Positions 13,153-25,200 of a DNA stretch of 64,000 nucleotides are shown piece by piece. Each line of letters begins with the position of its first letter. Within the stretch, counting starts at the first letter, position 1. Made by a program: the position numbers and the translations under genes. The DNA comes from Guillardia theta CCMP2712 (lineage: Eukaryota > Protista > Cryptophyta), in assembly GCF_000315625.1 (NCBI RefSeq), contig NW_005434666.1:62001-126000 (forward strand), written 5' to 3'. The notes below the pieces were generated by a model, which did no database searches, had not been told where the DNA came from, and was given only the letters and a program-made list of their open reading frames with translations.

Positions 13153-14199
13153 GTTTCTAGTGCCCGCCGTCCTTCTTCAAGCCGATCCGCTGAGCAGTAG
13201 ACATGGGCATGTCCTCAGAGCCAGAGAGTCTTGCAGGAGGAGCGTCGACATGGACAGTGTTGAACTGATTCAGGTCTTCATTGTTGATCGAGATCCTCGT
13301 TGGGTTTCGACGAAGCATCTCTACCTGACTCGCGCTATGTCAGTCAGGGGCTGCATAAATCTTCATGTCCTTGTCTAAGGCACGTGAAAATCCTCCAAAG
13401 CCTTTCTCCCTCCATCCTTCCCCATCAGTTCCCACCCGTCCTCCTAAACCCTCCCCCCTCCCCCCTCCACCCTCCTCCCTCTTCCTTCATTATTTACTAG
13501 TTCGAATTTTTTCCATTTCATAAGGCGGAACCAAGAGTGCTGAAACCTACGAAACAAAATAGAAAATATCCCCATTTATTTCATCAAAATTGAATATTGN
13601 NNNNNNNNNNNNNNNNNNNNNNNNNNNNNNNNNNNNNNNNNNNNNNNNNNNNNNNNNNNNNNNNNNNNNNNNNNNNNNNNNNNNNNNNNNNNNNNNNNNG
13701 GATGAAAGAGACCTCGACGAAGCAGCAAGACATAGATCGGCTTCTAGTCGAGCTTTCTGCTGATCCCTCCAAGAGATGTATCGTTAGACTTAAGGTGAAG
13801 ATGATGTGCGTGCTGGACAATGTGATATCTCTCTTGTCCTCCTTGCTTCTCTCTCGCTCCCTTCTGCTTTCTCAACCCAGAAGGGTTGAAAAACTCCCTC
13901 CCTCCCTCCCTCCCTCCCTCCCTCCCTCCCTCCCTCCCTCCCTCCTCCCTCCCCCCTCCTCCCTCCTCCCTCTCCCTCCATTTTTTTCTAGTTCGAATTT
14001 TTTCCTTTCATAAGGTGGAACCAAGAGTGCTGAAACCTACGAAACAAATTCGAAAATATCCCCATTTATTTCAACAAAGTTTGAAAAATGTATTCGGGAC
14101 ACCATGGCGGGTCCGCCTCAAGGGCTGCCGCGGCTAGAAAGCATGCTAGCTAGGAAGGAGGGAGAGAGGGAGGGAGGGAGGGAGGGAGGGAGGGGAGGC

Positions 14200-15266
14200 A
14201 GCAGTGAACACGACGAGATTGGATACTATCGGTGATGGAGTTGCTCCAGCTGATAGACAGTACACCAGAAGATCCAGCCTTCCTGGAACTGTTTTCGGTT
14301 CAGATCTTTGCTAGATGCACCCTTGTATGTTGATTTGCTTCCTGGTGTGTCGACTGCCGCTTCTGCTTCATCAATGTTGCCGATCCCTCCTCCTTCCTGG
14401 ATCTTTCAAGTTGATGATGATGTGATGGTTTGAGCCAGCAAGATCACATATCATCGGGCAAGGATACCGAGGGCTTCCTAGCTTGACTTACTGGTGATCA
14501 TAAGTGCAGGTTTGTTCAACTTGGGCAAGGAGCTTGAACTGTCAAGGCATGTCACTGAGACAAAATGTCGCCTACGCTGGTTCGGGAGCGATATCGATCC
14601 CAGGGAGGCAGGGCAAGATGGGAGGGGGCAGCGTGCAAGACCTTAGCGCCTACATGGAGGTCCTGCATACCGTTCCTCGTCATGCTTTCCTGACCCCGCA
14701 TGGGTTTGCAGGAATTCTGTTCGTCAGTGAAGAATGTCCCAGCAGAGATAAAGCGAAACTTTGCCCTCATCAACTCTCTGGACTCGAAGGTGCCATTGGC
14801 TCCGATTTTCTAGGTCCCTGAACAGGTTCGAAGGTGATCGACTTGAAGGACAAGATCAACCAGGATAGTCAAGTTTACAGCTCAGCAAAGAACAGGAACT
14901 CGACGGTGACGGATATCGTCCCTAGCTCGCATTGTGAAGTCAGAGTGCAGGATATGATTGAACTCAAGAAATCAATCGACAAGAACCAAACGGATTGCTT
15001 GCAATATTCAGAAGAAAAGGTTGGATGACATCCTATTCTCAAGGAGCTGATTAATCTGCATACCAGGTCAGCACTGCACAAGCTTGTTTGGAGCTTGTTG
15101 CATCGAAATTGAAACAGCTTGATGACGATATCAGCAAGTAATTCGTTACCGAATCCGGGAGTCTTACTGACAGACGTTGATAGCATTGACGAAAGTCTCT
15201 TTACAAACCAGGTAATCTTTCCTTGAACTCTTGCAGCAGTCTCTTTTCATTTTCACCGATCACCAT
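14200..15266 (-). CDS. hypothetical multi-exon protein
   Basis: ATG at 15266 (MVIGENEKRLLQEFKERLPG) splices to KTPGFGNELLADIVIKLFQFRC...; no domain recognised. Confidence 0.35.
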
Positions 15267-15296
15267 GTTTGAACTTTTGGGTGTTACAGAACGACG

Positions 15297-15966
15297 ATGC
15301 GGAGGAAGAACCAACGGGAAGAGGCGCAGGCAGACCCAGTCTTGGTGCAAACGACAAGAAACGTATACACGCTTTGCGTTGAGATGTCTTCGACTCGCGT
15401 CTCATCATAACACAGGGAAAAATCCCTCCAATGATAAATTTTCATGGCTGCACGAAGGAGCAGATGTCGAGGTCGAATGGGAGAAGGAGTGGTGGCAGGT
15501 GCGCGTCTTGACCTTGGCCCTTCCCTTGCTTGACAATGGCCCCAGGCTCAGGTGAAAAAGATCAGAGTGAAGCACGCAGGAGGCTCAGGAGCGCTGGGAG
15601 GTCGAATGGGAGTGCAGAGGGAGGTATTGGGAAATCTTGCGGATACAACCGCCTGACTCGTCGTCAGGTACTTGTCAGTTACGTAGGTGGAAACGATGAG
15701 GAGGATGAATGGATCCCACTTGCCACCAACAGAATCAGGTGTGAAGACACAGCTAGTCTAGTACTTTGTGAACTGACTTTCCTTCCAGAGCCCCAACTGA
15801 TACCTTCCACGAGCCCGAGATCGAACAGTTCGATGGGATGATGAACGGCACACCGCTCTCGGTGAATACCCCAGTAACGGTTCCTCCGTTGATAACGACG
15901 TGCACAGGGCCGAGGTGGCGGCGGCTATGGAATGAGCCGTGGAGGGTATTTATGAGGATGAAATAA
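15297..15966 (+). CDS. small Tudor/Agenet (chromo-barrel)-like protein
   Basis: Spliced LHEGADVEVEWEKEWWQ|AQVKKIR...|VLVSYVGGNDEEDEWIPLATNRIR, a Royal-family barrel pattern. Confidence 0.7.
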
Positions 15967-16280
15967 TTACCTGAAGCAAAATGAACTTGATTGAGCCTCG
16001 TGCTCGTCAGATTATTTCACAGCCAGGCGTGCTAGTCGTCATTTTCAGCTCTGTAGCTTCTGTTGAGGGATTCAATCGCAGTCGATCAGAGTGTATGGCA
16101 AGCCTTGGTGACTGGAGTGGACACTACAAGGTGTGATTCGAAGTAACACAGGAGTTGTTTTTCGTAATATACTAAAATACAACAATAATTTACATAAAAT
16201 AACAAGGCCTAGGAAGGGGGAAAGGAGAGCGGGGAGTCAGGACCGATCACTCCAGCTTTGTATGCTCTATGGCACGAGTT

Positions 16281-17091
16281 CTACAACTGACCGAACATGA
16301 AAGTCTGTGTCTGATCCTTCATGCGACTTGTCTTGAAGTTTCCGTATTCGTCGATTGCACTACCAGTATGTGCCCTTGTTCTCAGCTCAATGGCAGCGTA
16401 GGTGCCATCTGAGATCATGCTACCCCAACAATCGATCGACCGACTGACCACGATATGTGGCACCAAGGCTTGTGCGGTAGTGGCTTGTGATTGACTCGAC
16501 GGGAAAACGATCCAATCAAATCGCTGTCCTCTTGCGGAAAGGTTTCTAGTTGCTGTATTGACCACGGCGAAATCGAAGAGACTCTTGGTGTTAACGATTC
16601 CACTCCCACTTGACGTCCTTGTGAACGCGTTGGAGAAGCTCCCGCTTGACGTCCTTGTGAACGCGTTGGAGAAGCTGTCCGCTTGCCTGTCAACATCTGC
16701 GCGCAGCTTGAATCTTGCGTTGACAAGATCCAACTTCGGTGCAGATTTCTGCATGTGAGCAATAAACTCGGATGATGAATTTCTTCTTCTACGAATCAAA
16801 TTCCGTCCAATCACTTGAGCCATGTTGTCACACGCTTGAGCAACCCTTTGCACTTTATACATGTTCGCTTCTTCTGAATTCAACCTCGTCGTCTTGACGA
16901 TCCAAGTTGGTTTTGTTGTGCTGTTCGCAGCTGACTTGCTCCTCTAGCTATCTCGCACCTGATCTGCACTGCCTTTCTTCCTTCCTTGCTCCCCCTTTGC
17001 TCTTGTCCTCCCTCGTTCAATGGGGGCCTCGCTCTCCGACAGCCCTCCTGCCTTTCTTCTTGAGGAGCACCCCTCCATGACCCTACCCCCA
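16281..17091 (-). CDS. hypothetical protein with internal 12-aa duplication
   Basis: 200-codon exon plus a short upstream exon via a 38-nt GT-AG intron; 36-bp tandem duplication at 16605-16676 (SFSNAFTRTSSG x2). Confidence 0.5.
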
Positions 17092-17799
17092 TAGCTGTGT
17101 CGTACGGATTCACCCTCTACCCCTTCATTGTACATGAAATACCCCACCTTGATCCTACATGAACTCAGCTTGTACCCCACCTGTGATCTACATCCCGGGA
17201 ATGAGAGTTTTCTATTTTATGACCTATACATATTTTTATAAATCGAAAAAGTACTTTTTCGCGATCGTTGCAACCGGCTCAAATGTTATCCGGGCTTCTT
17301 CGGCCGTAGGCAAGGATCTTTCCTTCCTGTACCCCTCCTTTCCCCAAGACCCTACCTATCCCTGACTATCAAGTTGAAATGTACCGGTCTAATCCTGAGA
17401 AATTTCACTGTCTCTCACCCCTCTGTACATGATACCACCCGTGAAAATCCCATCGACCGAATGACCCTACCCCCTCCCGAGCCAGAGACGTGAAGGGTCT
17501 GCAGGCTTGCCTCAGGATGAGTCAGCGCAGAACGTGGCCTTGATCGCAGTAAATTCGATACTAAAGTAATCTCAATCATCATATATCATCATTATGAAAT
17601 ATTGTGATATTTATAGCCAACTGCTACCAGGACTTCCAGTATAAACGAATAATTATACACCAAAAGATATAATTTATGAGATCAGGGGCATCACCGCAGA
17701 TAAGTGTGATGATCAATAGCCTCACGGCTTTTTAACCCTAAAAAGTCTCTCATGAGGGCCACAAACCAAAAACTCCACCACCCCACCCTCGTTCTTGTG

Positions 17800-18215
17800 T
17801 CATGCCGTACTACCCGTACCCACGGTGGCACGGTGTGACGGGCGACCGTACGGTACCCGGTCCGAGTCCACCCAGTACCGCGGTGACCGTACCAGTCTAC
17901 AGAGTACCCGCCGGCACCCCTCCCGCCCGGCCAAAGTTCAAGTCTTGTGGCTCTAGTCAAGTTCTACATCCCTAGGCTCTCCGCTTCACGTCTCCTCCAA
18001 CTACACCGACTGTGTCTGCTACGCCGTTTCTGATGCCAGTGCCAGCCTGAGTGTGGCACAGGCCGTCGCGGCGGCCCCGCCGCTGTCACGCCGGCTGGCA
18101 GGCTGACCGTGCTGAGTGCCGCGCCGCCGCGCACTGGCCGGCTCAGACTGGGTGACGCCGGTCGGACGCCGCCGGGCGCCGGGCGGCCCGGGCGGTCAGT
18201 GCCCGCCCGCCCCTC
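17800..18215. repeat. GC/CpG-rich island abutting the RT fragment
   Basis: Composition as for the other islands. Confidence 0.5.
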
Positions 18216-18238
18216 CAGCTATCGTCTTTGCAGGCAGT

Positions 18239-19006
18239 GACTTGAGAAAACTTAATGCCATGGTCCACAGCAACCCCAGGTATCCCACTCCTAACCCTGA
18301 GGAGATGTTAGAATCTGTCGCCGAGGTCATTCGCAAATCCAAGCGTTTCTTGCACCCTGCTGAATACAAACTTTGGATTTCAGCTCTCGATCTTCTCCGC
18401 TGTTTTTGGCAAATTCCTGTTGCCCCTGATCATCGCAAATATGTCGCCATCATCACCAAGTTTGGCAAATATCAGTTTCGCAATCTTCCATTCGGCTACA
18501 TTCACGCAAGCAATATTTTTCAAGAATGGATTACTCTTCTCTTTCGTGATATTACCAGTGTATTCCCGTACATTGATGACTTGCTCATCCTTGATTTCGG
18601 CACGTTTGATCAACACCTCAACACTCTTCGTCGCGTTCTTCTGCGATGCCGCGAGAATCAAGTTTACATCAAGAAATCAAAAGTCAAGCTCTTTCAAGAT
18701 AGTGTCGAGTTCCTCGGTCATCAAATCTCTGCTGAGGGCATATCGACCCAATCCAGCAAGACCAGTGCGATCCTTGACTGGCCACCACCCAGCAACGCAA
18801 AGGAGATCAAAATATTTCTTGGGCTCTCCGGATATTACCGTCGCTTTATTCGCAACTATGCCCACATTGCTGCTCCTCTTCATGCTCTTCTTCGTAAGAA
18901 TGCTGTCTTTCAATGGACTCCCGAGTGTCAGCAATCCTTTGATCTTCTCAAACACCGGTTAACCTCCTCTCCAATTCTCTCTCACTTCGATCCAGCGCTT
19001 AAGACT
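18239..19006 (+). mobile_element. Ty3/gypsy LTR-retrotransposon reverse transcriptase fragment
   Basis: DLRKLN, LDLLRCFWQIPV, YQFRNLPFG, YIDDLLI, VEFLGHQIS, FLGLSGYYRRFIRNYA, FQWTPECQQSFDLLK..LTSSPILSHFD; no gag, protease, RNase H, integrase or LTR seen. Confidence 0.95.
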
Positions 19007-19021
19007 AGTATGTGCTCTTAT

Positions 19022-20846
19022 TTAGTATATCCTGTGCACGCTTGTCGGATTTGAACGACAGATCGGGCATGGCCTGGAAGCTGCTCCCTCCTTGTGAACC
19101 TCACAGAGACACATGTGTCCACAGGGGATCAGCGCCCACACGGCCTCTCGCTCCAAGCAGATGACGCACTGCTGACTGTAATCATCGGGCTCATCCTCAC
19201 TTGAACTCTCTGCCACCGTTAAGTCGTGTTGTTGCAGCTTTCTTTGCAAGTCGCTGAACCCTGGCCGCTCTGACTTCCGCTCCCTCCAGCATTCCAGCAT
19301 GATGCTGTACACAGCTGCCGGGCACGACGGGGATCTCGGAAGTCGCTCACCGCCGAGGACCTTAGTTTCCACAAGCGAATCCTCCGAGACGCTCTCATAA
19401 GGAATTTTCTCGGCATAGGTCCAGATCTCCCACATGGTCACCCCGAACGCCCACACATCGCTCTTCTCCGAGAACTGCCTTCTTTCGATGCTCTCCGGTG
19501 CCATCCATCGGACTGGCCGAGTCATCGACCGTGCCGTGTTGAAGCTCGCTGCATGGCTCTGACGGTACCACCGCGCAGATATGATGGACAATCCGTAGTC
19601 AGCGACCTTCACACTCACATCCAGGTGATTCCGCGCATCCAGGCGGAACACCAGCACGTTCCTCGTTGCCAGATCCCCATGCACTACCCCATGCAGTGCA
19701 AGATGTACCATCCCGTCGCAGATCTGCCTTGCAACCTGCAGCTGCACCAGTAGACTGAGAGTCTGACGTTCCTTAGCAAGGCTCGACAGGATGACATCCA
19801 ACGCACCCTTGGACGCTAACTCCGTCACCATGCAGTAGTCGCCTGACCCTGGCTCGTTTGTGATGGCAAGAAGTTGGAGGAGTTTCGGGTGAAATCCCAA
19901 GTGCTGGAAAATCTTCACCTCCTGCTCGAACTCTTTCATCCTCCCAGCGGATCCGCTGCCACGGATTCGCAGGACCGCCACTTCGGAGCTGGCCCCATGC
20001 GGTTGCTGCCATCGGGCCTGGTACACGAGCTTGAAAGTGCCTACGCCGATCTGCCGCATGTCAGTGAGGGAATCGAAGTCGACCGAAGCAATGCCTTTGG
20101 TCTCACGTATTTGCCTCTTTGAGAGAAAAATAATTGACAACAAAGTCACGAGCACAGTCGGAATAACGACTGAGAACTGTATATTTGTACACCGATGTAG
20201 GCACTGTTCTAGGTTCCCGTCACACAGTCGAGCAAAACTTGGCCAGGATGGATGATAGCACTGTAGTTTGTTGCCTGTAAGGTCTACATACACAAGCGAA
20301 GACAAACCGGTAAAAGCCAGGGAGGAAATAAAGATGTAGATACTGCAAGCTCGAGAGCCCGTCGAAGATCCCTGTAGGCAGACTCTTCAGTTTGTTGTTG
20401 GAAAGTGAAAGCCTCTGCAAGCTCGAGAGCCCATCAAAGACTCCTGCAGGCAGACTCTCTAGCTTGTTGTAGTGAAGAGATAGAGTAGACAAGCTCGAGA
20501 GCCCGTCGAAGACCCCTGCAGGCAGACTCTCCAGGTTGTTGTTGGAAAGATATAGATGCTGCAAGCTCGAGAGCCCGTCGAAAGTCCCGTTTGTTATGTT
20601 CCAAATACCCTTTGAGTCCATGCTCAAAGTTTTCTGACCCCCCTGATCAGTTCCACAGTCCCCCCCACAGCTTCCCTCCCTCGACAGCAAACCCTCATCC
20701 GAGACATGGAACGTGCAGCCCCCACAGCTCTCGCTGCTTGCTGCCTCGGCCTTAGGACATATCCATACCCCTAGTACAACCCAAAGCACATATACACACA
20801 GCATCCTCCTCATGCTCCCTCCTTCACTCCGCATCAACGGGGCCAT
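19022..20846 (-). pseudogene. LRR receptor kinase (signal peptide-LRR-TM-tyrosine-kinase-like domain-RING), frameshifted near 20330
   Basis: 24-aa LRRs (LQHLYLSNNNLESLPAGVFDGLSS), TM FSVVIPTVLVTLLSIIFL, kinase motifs HGDLATRNVL/VADYGL/PVRWMAPES/SDVWAFGVTMWEI, RING CVIC..PCGHMCLC..CPICR; two overlapping ORFs in different frames (could also be a sequence error or a spliced-out lesion). Confidence 0.8.
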
Positions 20847-22231
20847 GGATGCGTTGGCGACTTAGGGTTTATCCCTCCCAGCAGAACTATTTATAATAAA
20901 TCAATAATAACTCAACTACCCGCTGTGGGTCACGATGGCATAACACCAACATGTTGTTGTTGGAGATAGATTCAGCAATCCACTGCGCGCAAAACCACAG
21001 AGACAAAGCAAAATGTAAACTGAGTTGTGTATCATACTATCCATCTTGATTCAACATCTTAACTTGAAAACCCAACTGTCGCAGTGGAGGACTTTTCTTA
21101 CTTGATTGCATGCTTCGAACCTCCTCTTGCCTGCTGCAAGATCGCAATGGGTTCTCCTATTTCACCTTGAGTGATTGTGATGCTTCTCAGTCGAGATAGA
21201 CCTCTTCCACACATGAAATTGTGCCAGTGCTCATCCTTCATACCTACACTAAACCTTGTAATTCTTGACCTCTATCGTGCACTTTGATGATATTTATCAC
21301 AATCAAGTCCATTTTCTTTCTCAGAGCAGCTTCTTTGCGATTAGTTCACCTCGTAAACTGTGAAATTGAAGTTGATGCAGAAAACCACTCCGCCATGGAA
21401 TATGACATCTCCCACTGGTTTCCGCACATCTAGAAGCTGTAAGCAATCTTATCTCAGTCTTTCAGCATGTCCTTCGTTTCGTCATCAAACAATACGGGAT
21501 GACTCTTGTGCTGTGGTATCTTCAAATCATCTGTTCCGGCATCAATCTTGTACTCACCGGGCGAGTCAGACCATGTCTGTTCACTTTACAAAAGAGTCTT
21601 TAGGCCTTTCTCCAACACTCAGCAGTATCATTTTCCCCTGCATGATTTTCAAACCTTCTAGATGATGTTTTACCCTGAACGGTTTGCGATGTTTTACCTT
21701 GAACAGATTGCGTACTAGCAGTCTTTTGAGTGAAAGACTAGTCCTTAACCCAGAAGAGAACGACTTCGTAAACCTCGTTGGGCCCACATAATAATATTGG
21801 GCTTGTGGGTTGACCTAACCTTGACCTTGACCTTGGTGCTGGTTTGAATCCGATGTCCGTTTTAGGAGAAATGTTGTCATGAAAGGATGCAAGATAGCTT
21901 GAAAGCAGGGTAGAAATAAAGCAGCGTAAGAGACGAATGTGACTGTTTTTAAAACGGTTGATGTTGTCAATTGGCACTTGAGTGCTAGGCGGGCCCGGGT
22001 CAAGTTGACCTCTTTTTTATTTCCACACCCCTCACATCAGGCTTGATCTCCTGTATGTGATGCTCGGGCTTCACCGTCATGTCGGACGGACGACGGCGTA
22101 AGCTACTTACGCCAAAAGATCACAAGAGAGACAGGAGATACTACGGAGATAGGAGACAGAGCTGGAGACAGAGCTGGAGACAGGAGATAGCCGAGTGAGA
22201 GTCGCTTCATGCCAACTATCACTCCTACGAA

Positions 22232-25200
22232 ATGAATGCATCTGAGGCCGCGCAACCAAAACTTAGCCGCTTGAAGACTTTCAAGGAAGGATGGCCGCAT
22301 CGCTTCTCTTGCCCCAACCCTCTTCAGCTAGCTAAGTCAGGGTTCGAGTACCAGGCGAATGGGATGTGTCTTGACTCGGTGGTGTGCTCGATTTGTCAGC
22401 TGAAGGTGTCAGGATGGCAGGAGGGAGACAACCCTTTCTTCATTCATCGCTACAAGTCTCCCTCGTGCAAGCTCGTGCAACATGATGTCCTTCACACTCG
22501 GATCAACCTGCAAGGCCCCACAACACCGCCATGTAGGCGCCAGACGTTTGTTGCTTGCCGAGGAAGGGTCGACCTGCAGCTGCGGCTCGAACATGACGAG
22601 AGCGGAGGACCTGAGCGCGTGCTGCATGTCTTCTTGCAGAGAGGGAGAGGGATCGTGTCTGACGCACCGACTCCACCCAGCCCCGTGTGCGTCTGTCGCC
22701 TGCGCGTGATGGGAGAAGAGTACGAGTCGGGCGAGGCCTGCAGTACGGCAGTAGACGAGCTGAGCACATGCACAACAAGCCCGACATGGAACTTCGACTG
22801 CGCCTTCCAAACTTGCGCTCCTCGCCTGTCCATCCTTGAGATCACCCTCTGGGACGCTGGTATGCTCCAGGAGGAAGGCAGTTTGCTTGAAGAGGAAGGG
22901 AGACGGAGATTGGAGGAGAAATCCAAGGAATGGACGGGGTGGGAAGAGGAAGATCGCGAAGACTCGGCAGGGACGATGGGGAGATGGCATCGTTCTCAGC
23001 AAGTTGTTGACTACTACAAGCACTCTCGCACGTCAACAGCTTACATCGGAACCGTCATGATCAGTCTGACCCAACTCACTCAGCATCCGGGTCGAGAGAT
23101 CCCAATGTCGTGCAGTCTCATCCAACCAACGGCCTCCTCCCTCTTCATCTCAGCTGCAAGGATCCTGCAGGCGGCCTGGAGGAGGCTGCATGCTGTCAGG
23201 CTCGTCGCTCTATCCCGCTGCTCGGCAAGGTGCAGAAGCAGCAGCTTCAGAGTGTTTGTGGTCGCAGCAAGAAACCTGCCCATCACGCCGATGAAGGCTG
23301 CTGACTTCCACCTCGCAAGGAGCGGAGGGCTCAACCGCTACCTCCCTCAGCTGGACTGCTTCCTCCGCCTGCTCGTCCTCGACGACTCGCTCCGCCCTGC
23401 TCGCGGGGTGCGATGGGACGGGCTTGACGAGCTGTGCAACATGCGCGGAGGATTCCTGACAGACGCCGCGCGCGCTCCTGCAAAATTTCCGGATGACGTT
23501 CTGCGGGAATACTCGGGTGAGTGCGAGCGGGAAACGAGGGAGGGATACAGAGGAGGAGATGAGCAGCAGGAGAGAAGCGGGCCCTCGCTCCCCCGCGGCC
23601 GCCTCGGGCCTCGCTTCCCCCCTGGGGTTGCTAGTAGAAATGATCTGTGATCCCTTTGACCTACCTCTCTGCAATGCTATCTTCTTTCTTGATCACATTC
23701 TCTCCCGCCATCTATCGCTATCCCTACCTCCTCGCTCCTCGTCCTCGTCCTCGTCCTCGTCCTTGTTTTCTCTCTTGTCGATCGAATGTCAGTGACATGC
23801 TCATCAGACGGACAGGAGTGGGCAGGGATGGGCTGGGGGAGGGATCCTCTGTTCAACCTCTCTGCGGCTTTCACAACAACTCAGAACAGCAACGCGAGGA
23901 TGCTGCGACTGGACGTGTACAACTGTCCTCCCGAGCAGGTGTTTTTGACTCCTGACCTCTGTATCCAAGCCAACCTGGTGGGGAGGGTGACGTTGGACCT
24001 GTATGATGGAGATGGTTTCAATCACACGCTGGAGAGCTTTGTAAATGTGATGCTCAAATCTGCGCGCGATGAGTTGCAGATGAAAAGTTTCGAATGGAAG
24101 GAGCTTGTCGACGATAAGTGCGAGGGAGTGAAGGGGAGAAGCATCAAAGGCTGGTCGCCGTCTCAGATTCTTTTCTCTGTTGAGCGCGAGACCAATAACA
24201 TTGATCGACATGTTGGGAGGAGATCGACGGAGGCAAGAGGACAAATTCAGGTCTTGTTCAGCATTTGCTGGACATGGCGGATCGCTGACGAGTTCAGGAT
24301 AGGGAGATCAATCAAATGATGAGCAAGCTGACAAGAGTGAAAGCCTTGACAAGATTCGGACGCTAAGTGACCTGGTGGAGGAACGAGTGAAAGACTTGAA
24401 GAGCGATTCCCAAGTCAGTGAGAACATGTCGTGATCTAAGAACATGACAGTCATGCAGCGAGAAACGTTTGTTACATGGGAGAAATTTTCAGACGTGTTG
24501 AAGTTGCAAGGTAAGGGAATCCTGCACAATGTTAGTCTCTCGTTCGTGTTGTTGACATCTTCAGCAGGGACATCTATCATAAGAGCTGAGAAAGATGCAA
24601 ACTTGGCTCTTGACCAGAGACCCAACGTCTTGTCAAGTGATATTGTGCAGAGTTGTTGGTTTTGACGATTACAGTTCTATGATGCAGATTCATTGACGGG
24701 AGGGGGAACGTTTCGTTGCAATCTTCTGTTCTTCTCTCTTGTTGAGAGCGTGAGTGTTGGAGTTGGAGTTTTTGACAAGGAGGTACTTTCCAAAAATCTT
24801 GAGGTGTCACACCTTGCCCGAGTCGTTGTTCCAAGGAGTCCAAACAAAACTACCTCGCCGCATGTTTCTGTTTGATTTTCCTCTGTTGTTGTTTGAACTT
24901 TGATTTTCCTCTTGCTATTGTCCAATGTTCTTGACACTTGACATCATGTTATCACAAGTTGTTTTCGAGAGCTTATCTGATCACTGCTCCTCCCGTATCA
25001 CTTGTTGTCTTCACACTCCATCTTGTAAGTCTGACATGCTGGCAGGATGTAGCCAAGTCTTACTGGGGAAGACGGAGATGGCGCGATAAGATCTGGTGGG
25101 TCGACGGACTGACAGGACGAGCCTTCAACGGCGAGGAGGAGATGAAAGTGTTGCCGTCGTGTGAGATTGGAGGAGGTACGAGCGAGATGATGACAGCGGG

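Noticed and set aside
13700-14301. Second SUMT gene copy
   Set aside because: Near-identical to 10379-10977 with scattered 1-bp indels, and both copies touch gaps; probably unmerged contig overlap
18116-19054. RT as part of a DGR or retron diversifying the adjacent LRRs
   Set aside because: Motifs are plainly Ty3/gypsy; no template/variable repeat pair with adenine-specific differences and no msr/msd structure seen
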